A stretch of DNA of 64,000 nucleotides, taken from positions 142,305 through 206,304 of the forward strand of contig CAZXCI010000001.1 of assembly GCA_964639285.1 (NCBI GenBank). The letters run 5' to 3'. The position numbers were made by a program, and so were the translations under genes. The stretch comes from an uncultured Candidatus Saccharibacteria bacterium. GTDB taxonomy: Bacteria > Patescibacteriota > Minisyncoccia > Phycocordibacterales > XYD1-FULL-46-19. Shown here piece after piece: positions 26,799 to 35,592 of the stretch; the first letter of the stretch is position 1; the number at the start of each line of letters is the position of its first letter. Under the pieces are notes generated by a model. The model was not told where the DNA came from, searched no databases, and saw only the letters and a program-made list of their open reading frames with translations.

Positions 26799-27161
26799 AT
26801 GAGAACTACTATTAAAGGGACGGGAATCGAGCTAACTACGGCTCTGACAAATTATGTCGACGAGAAGTTCGCGATGCTTGATAAATTAGTTGCCAACTTT
26901 GGTGATGTCTTGGCCGTCGTAGAAATTGGCAAAGAGACCACTCATCACAAAACTGGCAATCTATTTTTTGCCGAAGTAAATTTAAATTTTGACGGTAATG
27001 TCTTACGTAATGTTGTTGAAGAAGCTGATCTTTATGCGGCGATCGATAAGGTCAAGGATGGCTTAGCTGAGGAATTGCGTCGTTACGAGAAGAAGAAAAA
27101 ATCGCTCTTTCTTCGTGGAGCTCGAGCGATTAAAGATATCTTTATTCGAGAAGGCAAATAA
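26799..27161 (+). CDS. hpf: ribosome hibernation promoting factor (HPF/RaiA, short form)
   Basis: IKGTGIELTTALTNYVDEKF matches the YfiA/HPF N-terminus. Confidence 0.8.
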   Translation: MRTTIKGTGIELTTALTNYVDEKFAMLDKLVANFGDVLAVVEIGKETTHHKTGNLFFAEVNLNFDGNVLRNVVEEADLYAAIDKVKDGLAEELRRYEKKKKSLFLRGARAIKDIFIREGK

Positions 27162-28016
27162 TTATCGATTGAAGCCATTTAAGAAAGCGCTCCAACTCAT
27201 CTCGCGACGGCCAGCCGGAGTCACTTTGTCGTAAACAAGCTTGTTGTTCTCTAAGTGAGCTTCTTTAATTATAACGCGGATCTTTCCTTCTGGTCCGGGG
27301 TAATCTAAATAAGTGCCTGGCCAAGGATTAAGAGCGAGGATCTTTCGAGAGTTTGATAGGGGTAGATCTTGTAGGCCAAGTTGTCCATCTTCTTTAATAA
27401 ATTTCTTGGTATAAGTAGCTTGGTCATGATCTTGTTCTTTAGGAACGATCTTTTTATCAAGATAATCGGGAATGACTTGAGCGAGAAGCTCTGCTCCTAA
27501 GACAGCCAATTTATCACGTAGATTTTCGAAGTTGTATTTGTCTTTTAATTCAATTTTTTTCTCGGCGATGATCGGACCATGGTCCATCTCGGCATCGACA
27601 AGCATAATGGCGACACCCGTTTCTTCATCACCATTCAGAATGGCGGTCTCCAGGGGTGATGGTCCGCGATATTTAGGAAGAAGGGACGGATGTATGTTGA
27701 GGGTACCATGGGTAGGGATATCTAAAATGGCTTGAGGGATAATTTTGCCATAAGAGGCAACAATAAAAAGCTGGTAGCTTTTAGCTTCTAGCTTTTTAGG
27801 GTCAAAAGTTTTGAGTGAAACTGGTTGAATTATTTTGACGTCATTTTCTTCGGCCCAAATCTTAGTTGGTGGGGGAGTCAGTATCATTTTTCGGCCTTGG
27901 GGTTTATCAGGAACAGTAATAACAAGAGAGGGAATAAGACCACGATTCTTTAAAGTTTCTAGAACTTTGACGCTGAATTGGTCGGTGCCCAAAAAGGCAA
28001 AATTAAGTCTAGTCAT
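27162..28016 (-). CDS. fmt: methionyl-tRNA formyltransferase
   Basis: GTLNIHPSLLPKYRGPSPLETAILNGDEETGVAIM. Confidence 0.9.
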   Translation of the reverse strand: MTRLNFAFLGTDQFSVKVLETLKNRGLIPSLVITVPDKPQGRKMILTPPPTKIWAEENDVKIIQPVSLKTFDPKKLEAKSYQLFIVASYGKIIPQAILDIPTHGTLNIHPSLLPKYRGPSPLETAILNGDEETGVAIMLVDAEMDHGPIIAEKKIELKDKYNFENLRDKLAVLGAELLAQVIPDYLDKKIVPKEQDHDQATYTKKFIKEDGQLGLQDLPLSNSRKILALNPWPGTYLDYPGPEGKIRVIIKEAHLENNKLVYDKVTPAGRREMSWSAFLNGFNR

Positions 28017-28524
28017 GATCTTTCTCTGGCGGGGCGTATTCTTTTACCCCCTTAGCTTTTTCGGTAAAAAGAATGCCCTCTAGGTGGTCAACTTCGTGTT
28101 GGAAGATTTGGGCCAAGAGGCCAGAACCTGAACGAGTAAATTTCTTTCCTTGCTCATCGTAAGCTGAGATTGTAGCCTTAGTCGATCTCTTCACTTGACC
28201 GAAGAGCCAACGCACCGAGAGACAACCCTCTTCCATTTCTTCTTTTGCTTTTGACAGGCTAGTAATAACCGGATTGATAAAAATTAAGTCTGGCTTAATG
28301 GCTGTCTCGCCTTCTTGGTTAAAGATCTTTCCTGAGACGACAAAAATTCTAAGGGGTAGATTAATTTGGGGAGCAGCGAGAGCGACCCCGTCGTCTTCCT
28401 TAGCCAGGGCCTTGCTCATATCAGCTAGAATCTCCTTAAGTTTCGCGGTACCAAAAAGTTCCTTCCCTACCTCCTTGGCGGGTTCATGCAAGACGGGGCT
28501 TTCTTTTTGAACAATCTTGACCAT
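28009..28524 (-). CDS. def: peptide deformylase
   Basis: motifs GLAAPQI, EGCLS and QHEVDHLEG. Confidence 0.9.
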   Translation of the reverse strand: MVKIVQKESPVLHEPAKEVGKELFGTAKLKEILADMSKALAKEDDGVALAAPQINLPLRIFVVSGKIFNQEGETAIKPDLIFINPVITSLSKAKEEMEEGCLSVRWLFGQVKRSTKATISAYDEQGKKFTRSGSGLLAQIFQHEVDHLEGILFTEKAKGVKEYAPPEKDHD

Positions 28525-28560
28525 AATTTAATAACTCTAATTTACAACATTTTTTTCTTT

Positions 28561-30480
28561 TTACAAAACGCTTTCGGGGTCGACGCGGATGATGAAGGTT
28601 GGCGGGAGGTTTCTTAGAAGGGCGAGGAGTTTTTTGTTTGGCCAAGAGGCGGTAGGAAGTTTGATTAAGATGTTTAGAATCGGCAATCCGCTAACGTTTT
28701 TCCCTAACGAGGGATAACTGATTGGTTGCCATTCGGCCAGAGATTCTTCTAGTTGGGCCATGTCTTTCTTTATCTCGTCTTTTTTTCCTTCGCGCGAAAT
28801 TTTAATTAGAACTTTGAAGGGTGGGTAGCCGAGTTCTCGGCGTTCATCTATCTCGTCACGATAGAAATCAAGCAAATTTCCGGAGAGAACATAGGCAAAA
28901 ACTTTTTCTTCGGGATTTCGCGTCTGGATAAAGAGGCGTTTGCTGGCGAGAAGACGAAGACGGAGAAGTTCGCTGAATAATTTTTCTCCTAGGCGGTAGT
29001 CGGGCTTAGCGAAGAGGTGGTCGAGGCCAACCATAGCAATGTTTTCAATTTTATCACCAAGATAATTTAGGGCCATTTCAGTACCGATGAGAACCGAACC
29101 GGGCGAATTATAGAAAAGATCAACGACCTCTCGGGCTTTTCGGCTTGTTTTGGCCACATCGCTGTCGAGGCGAAAAGTTTTTATTTTTGGCAAATTATTT
29201 TTTATTTCTTCCTCAACTTTTTCTGTTCCTAAGCCGAGAAGGACGAGACGATTACCCTTGCAGTTGGGGCAACGGTCCTCAATCTCAATAACCTGTCCAC
29301 ATTTGTGACACAAGAAGAGGGGGGCGCGGTGGATGGCGAGGGCGGAGTGACAAACGTCGCAAGACATGACAAGTCCGCAATCGTTGCAGATTGTGATGGG
29401 GTTTAGCCCCCTTTGGCCGGCGAGAATAAAAAATCTTTCATTATCGTCATTGGCATTTTCAATTTGGGCGAGAAGCCGTTCGCCGAGAGAATTAAGAACG
29501 TCGCCCTCATCTTTTTTGTTCTTTTTTATTAAGGGCCAGAGAATTTGTTTGATATCTGAATAGACCCGATATTTGATAGCGTTGGCCGGGAGAATCTCAC
29601 CTCGGCCGAGTCGATAGATTGTCTCACTGCGAAGAGCGATGTCGCCGAAGATTAGTCGAATTTTTTTCTGTTCGGCTAATTTCTCAGCAAAGAAGCGCCA
29701 ATCAACGTGTGGTCGAGCAAAATTTTTATAATGGCTAGAATTTTCTTTTTCGAAAATTAGGGTGGTGATATCGGCTCGAGGCAAAGATAAGAAAAGAGGA
29801 GTAGCAATGATTAAAATTGGATGAGTCGTGCCCAGTGTCTTTTTCCAGAGGAGGAGAATTTGGTTTTTTGTCAATCCGCCGTGCAGAGTCACAACGTATT
29901 GTTCGATTCCTTTAGAAATCAAAGCCGAGACTCGCTCAATGTCAGCTAGTGTTGGGAGACAAAGAAAGACAGATTGTTTTTTCGCAAAACTTTCTCGGAT
30001 TAAGCTTTTATAGAAAGAGAGGCGTTCTTCGTCTGGCTCCTGGATAGCCATGATCTCGGGCGAAATCTTTTCTCGTGGATCTTTCCATTTTGATAACTTG
30101 AGATCAGGTAATTTTTCGAGAATTATTTGCGGGACAAGCGACTTGATCACCTGGCCCGTGAAGACAGCGTAATATTCTGCTGTTAAATTTGCGGCCTTAA
30201 TAAATTCGGGGGAGAAATAACCATCTTTTTTTACTCGATTTATTTTGCGCCAGCCAAAATCAGTTTTTTTTATTTGAGTCTTAAGATCTTTGACTGCCTT
30301 CTCGGCAACAACTAATCCGTCAATTGTTTTGTTTTTAATAGGGACAGAGACAAGAGAACCCAAGGAGACCTCTTGAGCGGTAAAATAAGAGAGAGATTCT
30401 CGCCAAATACCTTTGCTGAGGGGGACAACGCTAACAATCTTCATTGTTGGCAGTATATCGATTTTGAGAGATATCCACAA
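28561..30480 (-). CDS. priA: primosomal protein N' (PriA) homologue lacking Walker A and DExH motifs
   Basis: N-terminal 3'-DNA-binding region, central PriA Cys-rich Zn-binding region (CNDCG...CDVC...CHKCG...CPNC), and a helicase core alignable to PriA (VVTLHGGL...ILIIATPLFLSLP...) but with PDEER in place of GSGKT and FEKEN in place of DEEH. Confidence 0.75.
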   Translation of the reverse strand: MWISLKIDILPTMKIVSVVPLSKGIWRESLSYFTAQEVSLGSLVSVPIKNKTIDGLVVAEKAVKDLKTQIKKTDFGWRKINRVKKDGYFSPEFIKAANLTAEYYAVFTGQVIKSLVPQIILEKLPDLKLSKWKDPREKISPEIMAIQEPDEERLSFYKSLIRESFAKKQSVFLCLPTLADIERVSALISKGIEQYVVTLHGGLTKNQILLLWKKTLGTTHPILIIATPLFLSLPRADITTLIFEKENSSHYKNFARPHVDWRFFAEKLAEQKKIRLIFGDIALRSETIYRLGRGEILPANAIKYRVYSDIKQILWPLIKKNKKDEGDVLNSLGERLLAQIENANDDNERFFILAGQRGLNPITICNDCGLVMSCDVCHSALAIHRAPLFLCHKCGQVIEIEDRCPNCKGNRLVLLGLGTEKVEEEIKNNLPKIKTFRLDSDVAKTSRKAREVVDLFYNSPGSVLIGTEMALNYLGDKIENIAMVGLDHLFAKPDYRLGEKLFSELLRLRLLASKRLFIQTRNPEEKVFAYVLSGNLLDFYRDEIDERRELGYPPFKVLIKISREGKKDEIKKDMAQLEESLAEWQPISYPSLGKNVSGLPILNILIKLPTASWPNKKLLALLRNLPPTFIIRVDPESVL

Positions 30481-30528
30481 CCAGGGAAATTCTTCCTCTT
30501 TTTAAGTTTAGGTTGTATAATAAAAGGG

Positions 30529-31173
30529 ATGAAAGGAATTGCCTGGCTAATCACTGGCCTGATGCTCGCTCTTTTGCTAGTGAGCGGTGTTAGTGTTGGC
30601 TCACGGCTTTCTTTGTCTAACTATTTTCCTCTAACTCAAGACTTAAAATCCATTGGGCAGATTTCCCATCAAACTTTGATCCGAGCTAATCAAGGCTTTA
30701 AGGCGCAAAAGACCTTTCTTAATAATTCGGCTACGGTTGTTACCACTTGGGATCTTGTCTTTGGTTGGATTTCTCCAGTTATTGATTGGTTAGGTGATCT
30801 TTGGTTCAACATTGTCGAAGCCTGGCGGCGCTTTCTGGGCCTTTCTTCTAACGAACCTGAGCTTGCCGAGATTACTCCGGCGATGAGAGAACAATTGAAG
30901 CGAGAGCTGCTGGCAGAATTAGAAAGTCAGGGGCTCCTCGATTTTTCATCTTCGGCCGAGAATGTTTCTGGGATAAAGTATGGTGTGACAGTTGTTCCTT
31001 CAACGGGCTCGACAACAAGCGATGAGTTACTTAAGAAAAACTTAAACCAAATGTTCGCTGATCAGGTTCGCTTAAGGTTTGACCGGGACGGCTTGACGGG
31101 AGTCGTTACTCCAATCTTCAGAGACGGGAGCGAAGGGAGTGATTATATTTTTGTTTTAAGTCCTATACCCTAA
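30529..31173 (+). CDS. hypothetical exported or membrane-anchored protein
   Basis: the internal Met with an MKGIAWLITGLMLALLLVSG signal/TM is chosen; the longer ORF (30373) overlaps the priA start on the other strand. Confidence 0.45.
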   Translation: MKGIAWLITGLMLALLLVSGVSVGSRLSLSNYFPLTQDLKSIGQISHQTLIRANQGFKAQKTFLNNSATVVTTWDLVFGWISPVIDWLGDLWFNIVEAWRRFLGLSSNEPELAEITPAMREQLKRELLAELESQGLLDFSSSAENVSGIKYGVTVVPSTGSTTSDELLKKNLNQMFADQVRLRFDRDGLTGVVTPIFRDGSEGSDYIFVLSPIP

Positions 31174-31175
31174 AA

Positions 31176-33125
31176 ATGAAAAAATTCCTTATTTCTTCTA
31201 TATCTGTCCTTATTGTTTTTTTTGTCGCGAGTAATGTGTTGGCTTATGTGGCGGCAAGTCCTAATTATAAATTAGAGAAAGACAGTATTAATTTTGGGGG
31301 GACAGACTCCTCAGCCTCAACGATCTTTAAAAATAATAGCACCTTAGGGGAAATTATTTCTGGTATTACTAATGGTACGAATTATAACGCGAGCTCAGGC
31401 TATCGTTATATGAATCCTGATCAATCGACCGTTACCACTACTTCGGGTTGTAAGGATCCAGCGGCCAATAATTACGATAGCAGTTTTGACGTCGCAGACA
31501 ATACGCAATGCACCTATGATGTCACCTCTTGTATTGATTGTGGTGTTTTTGGGTGCAAAGATCCCAATGCTCTAAACTATAATCCTAATGTCACTAGCGT
31601 TGATAACAGCACTTGCACTTACGCCTCGTCAGGGGTTCGGGGTTGTACGAACCCCAAGGCTTCTAATTATGACTCACTCGCGACAATTAATGATGGTTCT
31701 TGTCTCTTTGGTGGTGGGCCAGGACCCTCGGACATTTTAGGCTGTACTGATCCGAAAGCTCAGAACTATAACCGTCTGGCTGACAAAGATGATGGGAGCT
31801 GCAATTATAGTCCATTTTATTCTACTTCGACCGAAGAGATTCTTGAACCAATCTCTGGCGGATGGGATTTTCTTTTTATTCAACCGCAAGAAAAGGTCAA
31901 GACTTTTGATTCGCGGATGAGGGTAAGGATTATTGGATCGAAGAACTTAACCATCCTTTTTAACCCCAATCTGGCCACTACGTCTCTAAAGACGATTGGA
32001 GTTACTCTAACTGATCCAGAGGATAGGACGAAGACTTTTTCTTTTCTGATGCACCGCAGTAGTGATAGGTCGGCTTATGAGGCAATTATTGGCCCACTTC
32101 TTCGTCCGGGGACTTATCCAATAGATTTTTATATTGTGAGTTATTATGATCAGATGGTGAAGCATATCAGGGGAAATCTGATTGTTTCGGGTCCTCTAGA
32201 TATCTGGGCTGTTTCCAAACAAGTTGTCCCCATTGCGGCGGCAACTGGGCTGGCCGTAGGATTTGGTTCGCCTCTTTATAACCTATTCCTTCTCCTTTTC
32301 CGTTTCTTGGCTTATTTCTTCGGTAAAAGAAAAGAAGAGAATCCCTGGGGGACAGTTTATGATTCTGAGACAAAACGTCCATTGGACCCGGTTTATTTGA
32401 CAGTAAATCAGGCCGGCTCCCCGGGAGGAGAAGTGGCAACGGCTATTACTGATATCGATGGACGTTTCAGTTTCTTTTTGCCGGCTGGGACTTATACGAT
32501 TAAGGCGGGGAAGACTCATTATCGCTTCCCCTCAGAGAGATTGGCAGGAAAAAGTTCTGACGAAATTTACGATCATCTTTATTTTGGTGGAGACCTGACG
32601 ACTAGTGGGCAGGAGATAATCAATATTAACATTCCTCTAGATCCGATTGATTTTGATTGGAATGAATTTGCTAAGACAAAGAAAAACTTTTTTGAATTTT
32701 ATAAACGAAAAGCTCTTTGGCTTAATCGTCTTTATGAAGTCATTTTCTTTCTTGGTTTTGCTTTGTCTGCCTACGCTCTCGTTATCTTCCCGTCTTGGTG
32801 GAATATTATAGTTTTGGCTCTTTACTTTGTTGTTCTCGCTCTTAATCATTTCTTGCATAACTATCATAAGCCCCTCCGGGTTGAACGAAATGGTGAACCC
32901 CTACCTTTCTCTATTGTTCGGATTTATCTGCCTGACCTTCATCAGCAGATTAAATATGCCGTGGCTGATAAACTAGGACGCTTCTATCTCTTGGTCCGGC
33001 CGGGAGTCTATTATTACACCGTGGAGGAGAAACAACCGGATGGTTCATACCTTAAAGTTTTCCAATCAGATCCAATTAATTTACCCAAAGGTGTTTTGAC
33101 TAAGGATATAATCCTTTCTTCCTAA
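31176..33125 (+). CDS. large surface protein: signal peptide, four tandem Cys-containing modules (GC[KT]DP.A.NY[DN]-N8-11-[DN].SC), carboxypeptidase-regulatory-like domain, C-terminal TM helices
   Basis: the repeat modules are visible in the translation (CKDPAANNYDS..., CKDPNALNYNP..., CTNPKASNYDS..., CTDPKAQNYNR...). Confidence 0.55.
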   Translation: MKKFLISSISVLIVFFVASNVLAYVAASPNYKLEKDSINFGGTDSSASTIFKNNSTLGEIISGITNGTNYNASSGYRYMNPDQSTVTTTSGCKDPAANNYDSSFDVADNTQCTYDVTSCIDCGVFGCKDPNALNYNPNVTSVDNSTCTYASSGVRGCTNPKASNYDSLATINDGSCLFGGGPGPSDILGCTDPKAQNYNRLADKDDGSCNYSPFYSTSTEEILEPISGGWDFLFIQPQEKVKTFDSRMRVRIIGSKNLTILFNPNLATTSLKTIGVTLTDPEDRTKTFSFLMHRSSDRSAYEAIIGPLLRPGTYPIDFYIVSYYDQMVKHIRGNLIVSGPLDIWAVSKQVVPIAAATGLAVGFGSPLYNLFLLLFRFLAYFFGKRKEENPWGTVYDSETKRPLDPVYLTVNQAGSPGGEVATAITDIDGRFSFFLPAGTYTIKAGKTHYRFPSERLAGKSSDEIYDHLYFGGDLTTSGQEIININIPLDPIDFDWNEFAKTKKNFFEFYKRKALWLNRLYEVIFFLGFALSAYALVIFPSWWNIIVLALYFVVLALNHFLHNYHKPLRVERNGEPLPFSIVRIYLPDLHQQIKYAVADKLGRFYLLVRPGVYYYTVEEKQPDGSYLKVFQSDPINLPKGVLTKDIILSS

Positions 33126-33186
33126 GGGTTTGCTTTAAATAGCTGAGACAGGTAGAATTGCCTTATAAAACTTATAAGGGTCATTT

Positions 33187-34200
33187 ATGGCTATTTTAAC
33201 GACAAAATTAGGGATTGATTTGGGTACAGCTAATACGCTGGTCTATGTTCCTGGCAAGGGGATTGTCCTTAACGAGCCCTCAGTAGTAGCTGTTAACCAG
33301 AATGATAATCGTGTGGTGGCGGTTGGCTCAGAAGCTAAAGACATGGTTGGCAAAGCGCCGGATAGTATTATGGTCTACAAACCAATGAAGGATGGGGTTA
33401 TTGCTGATTATCGAATTACCGAAGCCATGCTTCGTTATTATATTTCTAAGGCCCTTGGCCGTTTTAATCTTTTCAAACCAGATATTATGGTTTCGGTACC
33501 AGCCGGAGTCACTTCAACAGAGAGACGGGCAGTGATTGAAGCAACGATGCGTGCTGGAGCCAAGAATGCTTATGTGGTCAAAGAGCCTATTCTTGCTGCC
33601 ATCGGAGCCGGTATCCCTATTTACGAAGCGCATGGTCACATGGTGGTGGATATTGGTGGCGGAACGATCGATGTCGCTGTCATCTCTCTTGGCGGAATTG
33701 TTTCTTCTACTTCAGTCAAGCATGCAGGCAACAAAACAGATCAAGCGATTGCTGATTATATTAAGAAGACCTTCAATCTTGCTATTGGTGACAAGACCGC
33801 CGAAGAGGTTAAAATGTCAATTGGTTCGGCCATACCAGTCGAGGAGGAATTATCCTATATTATTAAAGGCCGAGATTTTTTGACTGGATTGCCTCGTTCG
33901 GCTGAGATCAGGACCAACGAAATTGTTCGAGCGATTGACAACGAGCTGAAGGAGATTGTTCGAGCGATTAAAGTTGTCTTTCAAGAAACTCCACCTGAGT
34001 TATCGGCTGATGTTATTGATCAGGGGATTACCTTAACGGGTGGTTCTTCTCAACTTCGCAACTTGGCCGAGCTTGTTTTTCGTAAGACGGGAGTGAAGGC
34101 TTATGTAGCTGACGATCCTCTTTATTGTGTTGCTAAGGGTACGGGTATTGCCCTCGAACATCTTGATGTCTACAAAAAAAGCATCATCTCTAAACGCTAA
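33187..34200 (+). CDS. mreB: rod shape-determining protein MreB (paralogue 1)
   Basis: actin-fold signatures GIDLGTANTLVYV and DIGGGTIDVAVIS. Confidence 0.9.
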   Translation: MAILTTKLGIDLGTANTLVYVPGKGIVLNEPSVVAVNQNDNRVVAVGSEAKDMVGKAPDSIMVYKPMKDGVIADYRITEAMLRYYISKALGRFNLFKPDIMVSVPAGVTSTERRAVIEATMRAGAKNAYVVKEPILAAIGAGIPIYEAHGHMVVDIGGGTIDVAVISLGGIVSSTSVKHAGNKTDQAIADYIKKTFNLAIGDKTAEEVKMSIGSAIPVEEELSYIIKGRDFLTGLPRSAEIRTNEIVRAIDNELKEIVRAIKVVFQETPPELSADVIDQGITLTGGSSQLRNLAELVFRKTGVKAYVADDPLYCVAKGTGIALEHLDVYKKSIISKR

Positions 34201-34894
34201 AGCAAGCAAAAGTTTCTTTTCTCATCAAGCTTCTCTGCTTGTTGGAGACAGAAATTATTGGAAAAATTTTTTGATAGAAAAGTTAAGGGATTTTCTTCGA
34301 GTTGAAAATTTAAATAGCTCACCTGACGTCTCATGGCAGAGCTATGAATCTTTTGGGATTAAAGATAGTCATAACTTGATTGAGAAAGAAGTCCAAAAAT
34401 CTTTCACTGGCCAAGGTCGATTTTTTATATTAGAGATTTCTTCTATTACACCTGAGGCACAGAATGCTTTGCTCAAAACTTTTGAAGAGCCAATGGCTGA
34501 TACCCACCTCTTCTTAATTGTCCGCACGGCCGAGATTTTGTTGCCAACCTTGCTCTCGCGTTTGGTTGTCTTCAATCAAGCGGACGAAGTTGGACTTCGG
34601 GCTCACTTGAAGTCCAACTTCGGGGGCGCCACCAAATTTCTCAAACTCGACTTGCCTGACCGTCTTGATTTCATCCAAAAAGAGTTTCTTAAGGATAGGG
34701 ACGTAAAGAAGAGTGAAATAATCAATTTTGTCTCTAACTTAGAGAAAACCTTTCGCTCGCAAATCAAGATGAAGGAAATAACTAAAGACGAAGAAATTGC
34801 TCTCCATGAACTAGAGAAATGCCAACGTTATCTCCAGAACCCTCGCTCCTCCAACCGACTTATTCTCGAACACTTAGCCTTGATATTACCTTAG
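34166..34894 (+). CDS. holB: DNA polymerase III delta'-like clamp-loader subunit (short, no P-loop)
   Basis: EAQNALLKTFEEP...HLFLIVRTAEILLPTLLSRL matches the delta'/tau sensor region; the start is an internal Met that overlaps the mreB end. Confidence 0.5.
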   Translation: MSTKKASSLNAKASKSFFSHQASLLVGDRNYWKNFLIEKLRDFLRVENLNSSPDVSWQSYESFGIKDSHNLIEKEVQKSFTGQGRFFILEISSITPEAQNALLKTFEEPMADTHLFLIVRTAEILLPTLLSRLVVFNQADEVGLRAHLKSNFGGATKFLKLDLPDRLDFIQKEFLKDRDVKKSEIINFVSNLEKTFRSQIKMKEITKDEEIALHELEKCQRYLQNPRSSNRLILEHLALILP

Positions 34895-34946
34895 GTTAAG
34901 AATTTTGGTGTTTGGTTTTTTGGGAGAGATGCGATAAAATATAATT

Positions 34947-35495
34947 ATGTATAATTTTTCATCATTTAAAACAAAATTAGGGGAAGTGGAAGAGTGGCTC
35001 GGGCGAGAATATTTAGGGGTTAGGACGGGGAAAGCTTCTCCTGCTGTCTTAGACAATGTCATGGTAGATTCTTATGGCTCCAAGACTCCACTTAAGCATG
35101 TAGCGGCCATTGGGACTGAAGATGCGCGAACTATTCGTGTAACTCCTTGGGACAAGAGCCAACTAAATGCTATCCAGACGGCTATTGACGTGGCGAATCT
35201 CGGACTTTCTGTTTCGCCGGACGAGACGGGATTAAGGGTGATTTTCCCTGTTTTGACCGAAGAGCGACGCAAAATGCTGATTAAAATAATGGGGGAGAAG
35301 CTTGAAGATGCTCGCATCTCGGTGCGCAAAGAGCGAGAAAAAATCTGGGCCGATATCCAGGCCGAAGAGAAGGCCGGGAAGCTTAGCGAGGACGAGAAAT
35401 TCAAGGCCAAAGATGAATTACAAAAATTGATCGATGAAGCCAACAAAAAGCTAGAAGATTTGTCGAAACGTAAAGAAACCGAAATAATGTCGTAA
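34947..35495 (+). CDS. frr: ribosome recycling factor
   Basis: full-length match to the RRF pattern (ASPAVLDNVMVDSYGSKTPL...). Confidence 0.9.
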   Translation: MYNFSSFKTKLGEVEEWLGREYLGVRTGKASPAVLDNVMVDSYGSKTPLKHVAAIGTEDARTIRVTPWDKSQLNAIQTAIDVANLGLSVSPDETGLRVIFPVLTEERRKMLIKIMGEKLEDARISVRKEREKIWADIQAEEKAGKLSEDEKFKAKDELQKLIDEANKKLEDLSKRKETEIMS

Positions 35496-35497
35496 TC

Positions 35498-35581
35498 ATT
35501 AATCAGCTCATACTTCTAAAAAGTCCTCGGATCTCCTCACTCCGTTCGGCCAGACATTTTTATAAGAATGAGCTGATTAAT
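35498..35581. repeat. composite element: perfect 14-bp inverted repeat (ATTAATCAGCTCAT / ATGAGCTGATTAAT) enclosing 'core B' (AAAGTCCTCGGATCTCCTCACTCCGTTCGGCCAGACATTT)
   Basis: core B recurs at 55647..55686 and 55724..55745 and partially at 45651..45663, there with different flanks. Confidence 0.6.
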
Positions 35582-35592
35582 TAAATAATAAA

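Noticed and set aside
30373-30528. N-terminal extension of ORF 30373..31173, and similar extensions of 43713, 45684, 52393, 54612, 63417 and 54974..55666
   Set aside because: The extensions overlap neighbouring genes or repeats. Internal Met codons give products starting with signal peptides or matching family N-termini (MreZ, RecR, L21, GT2).
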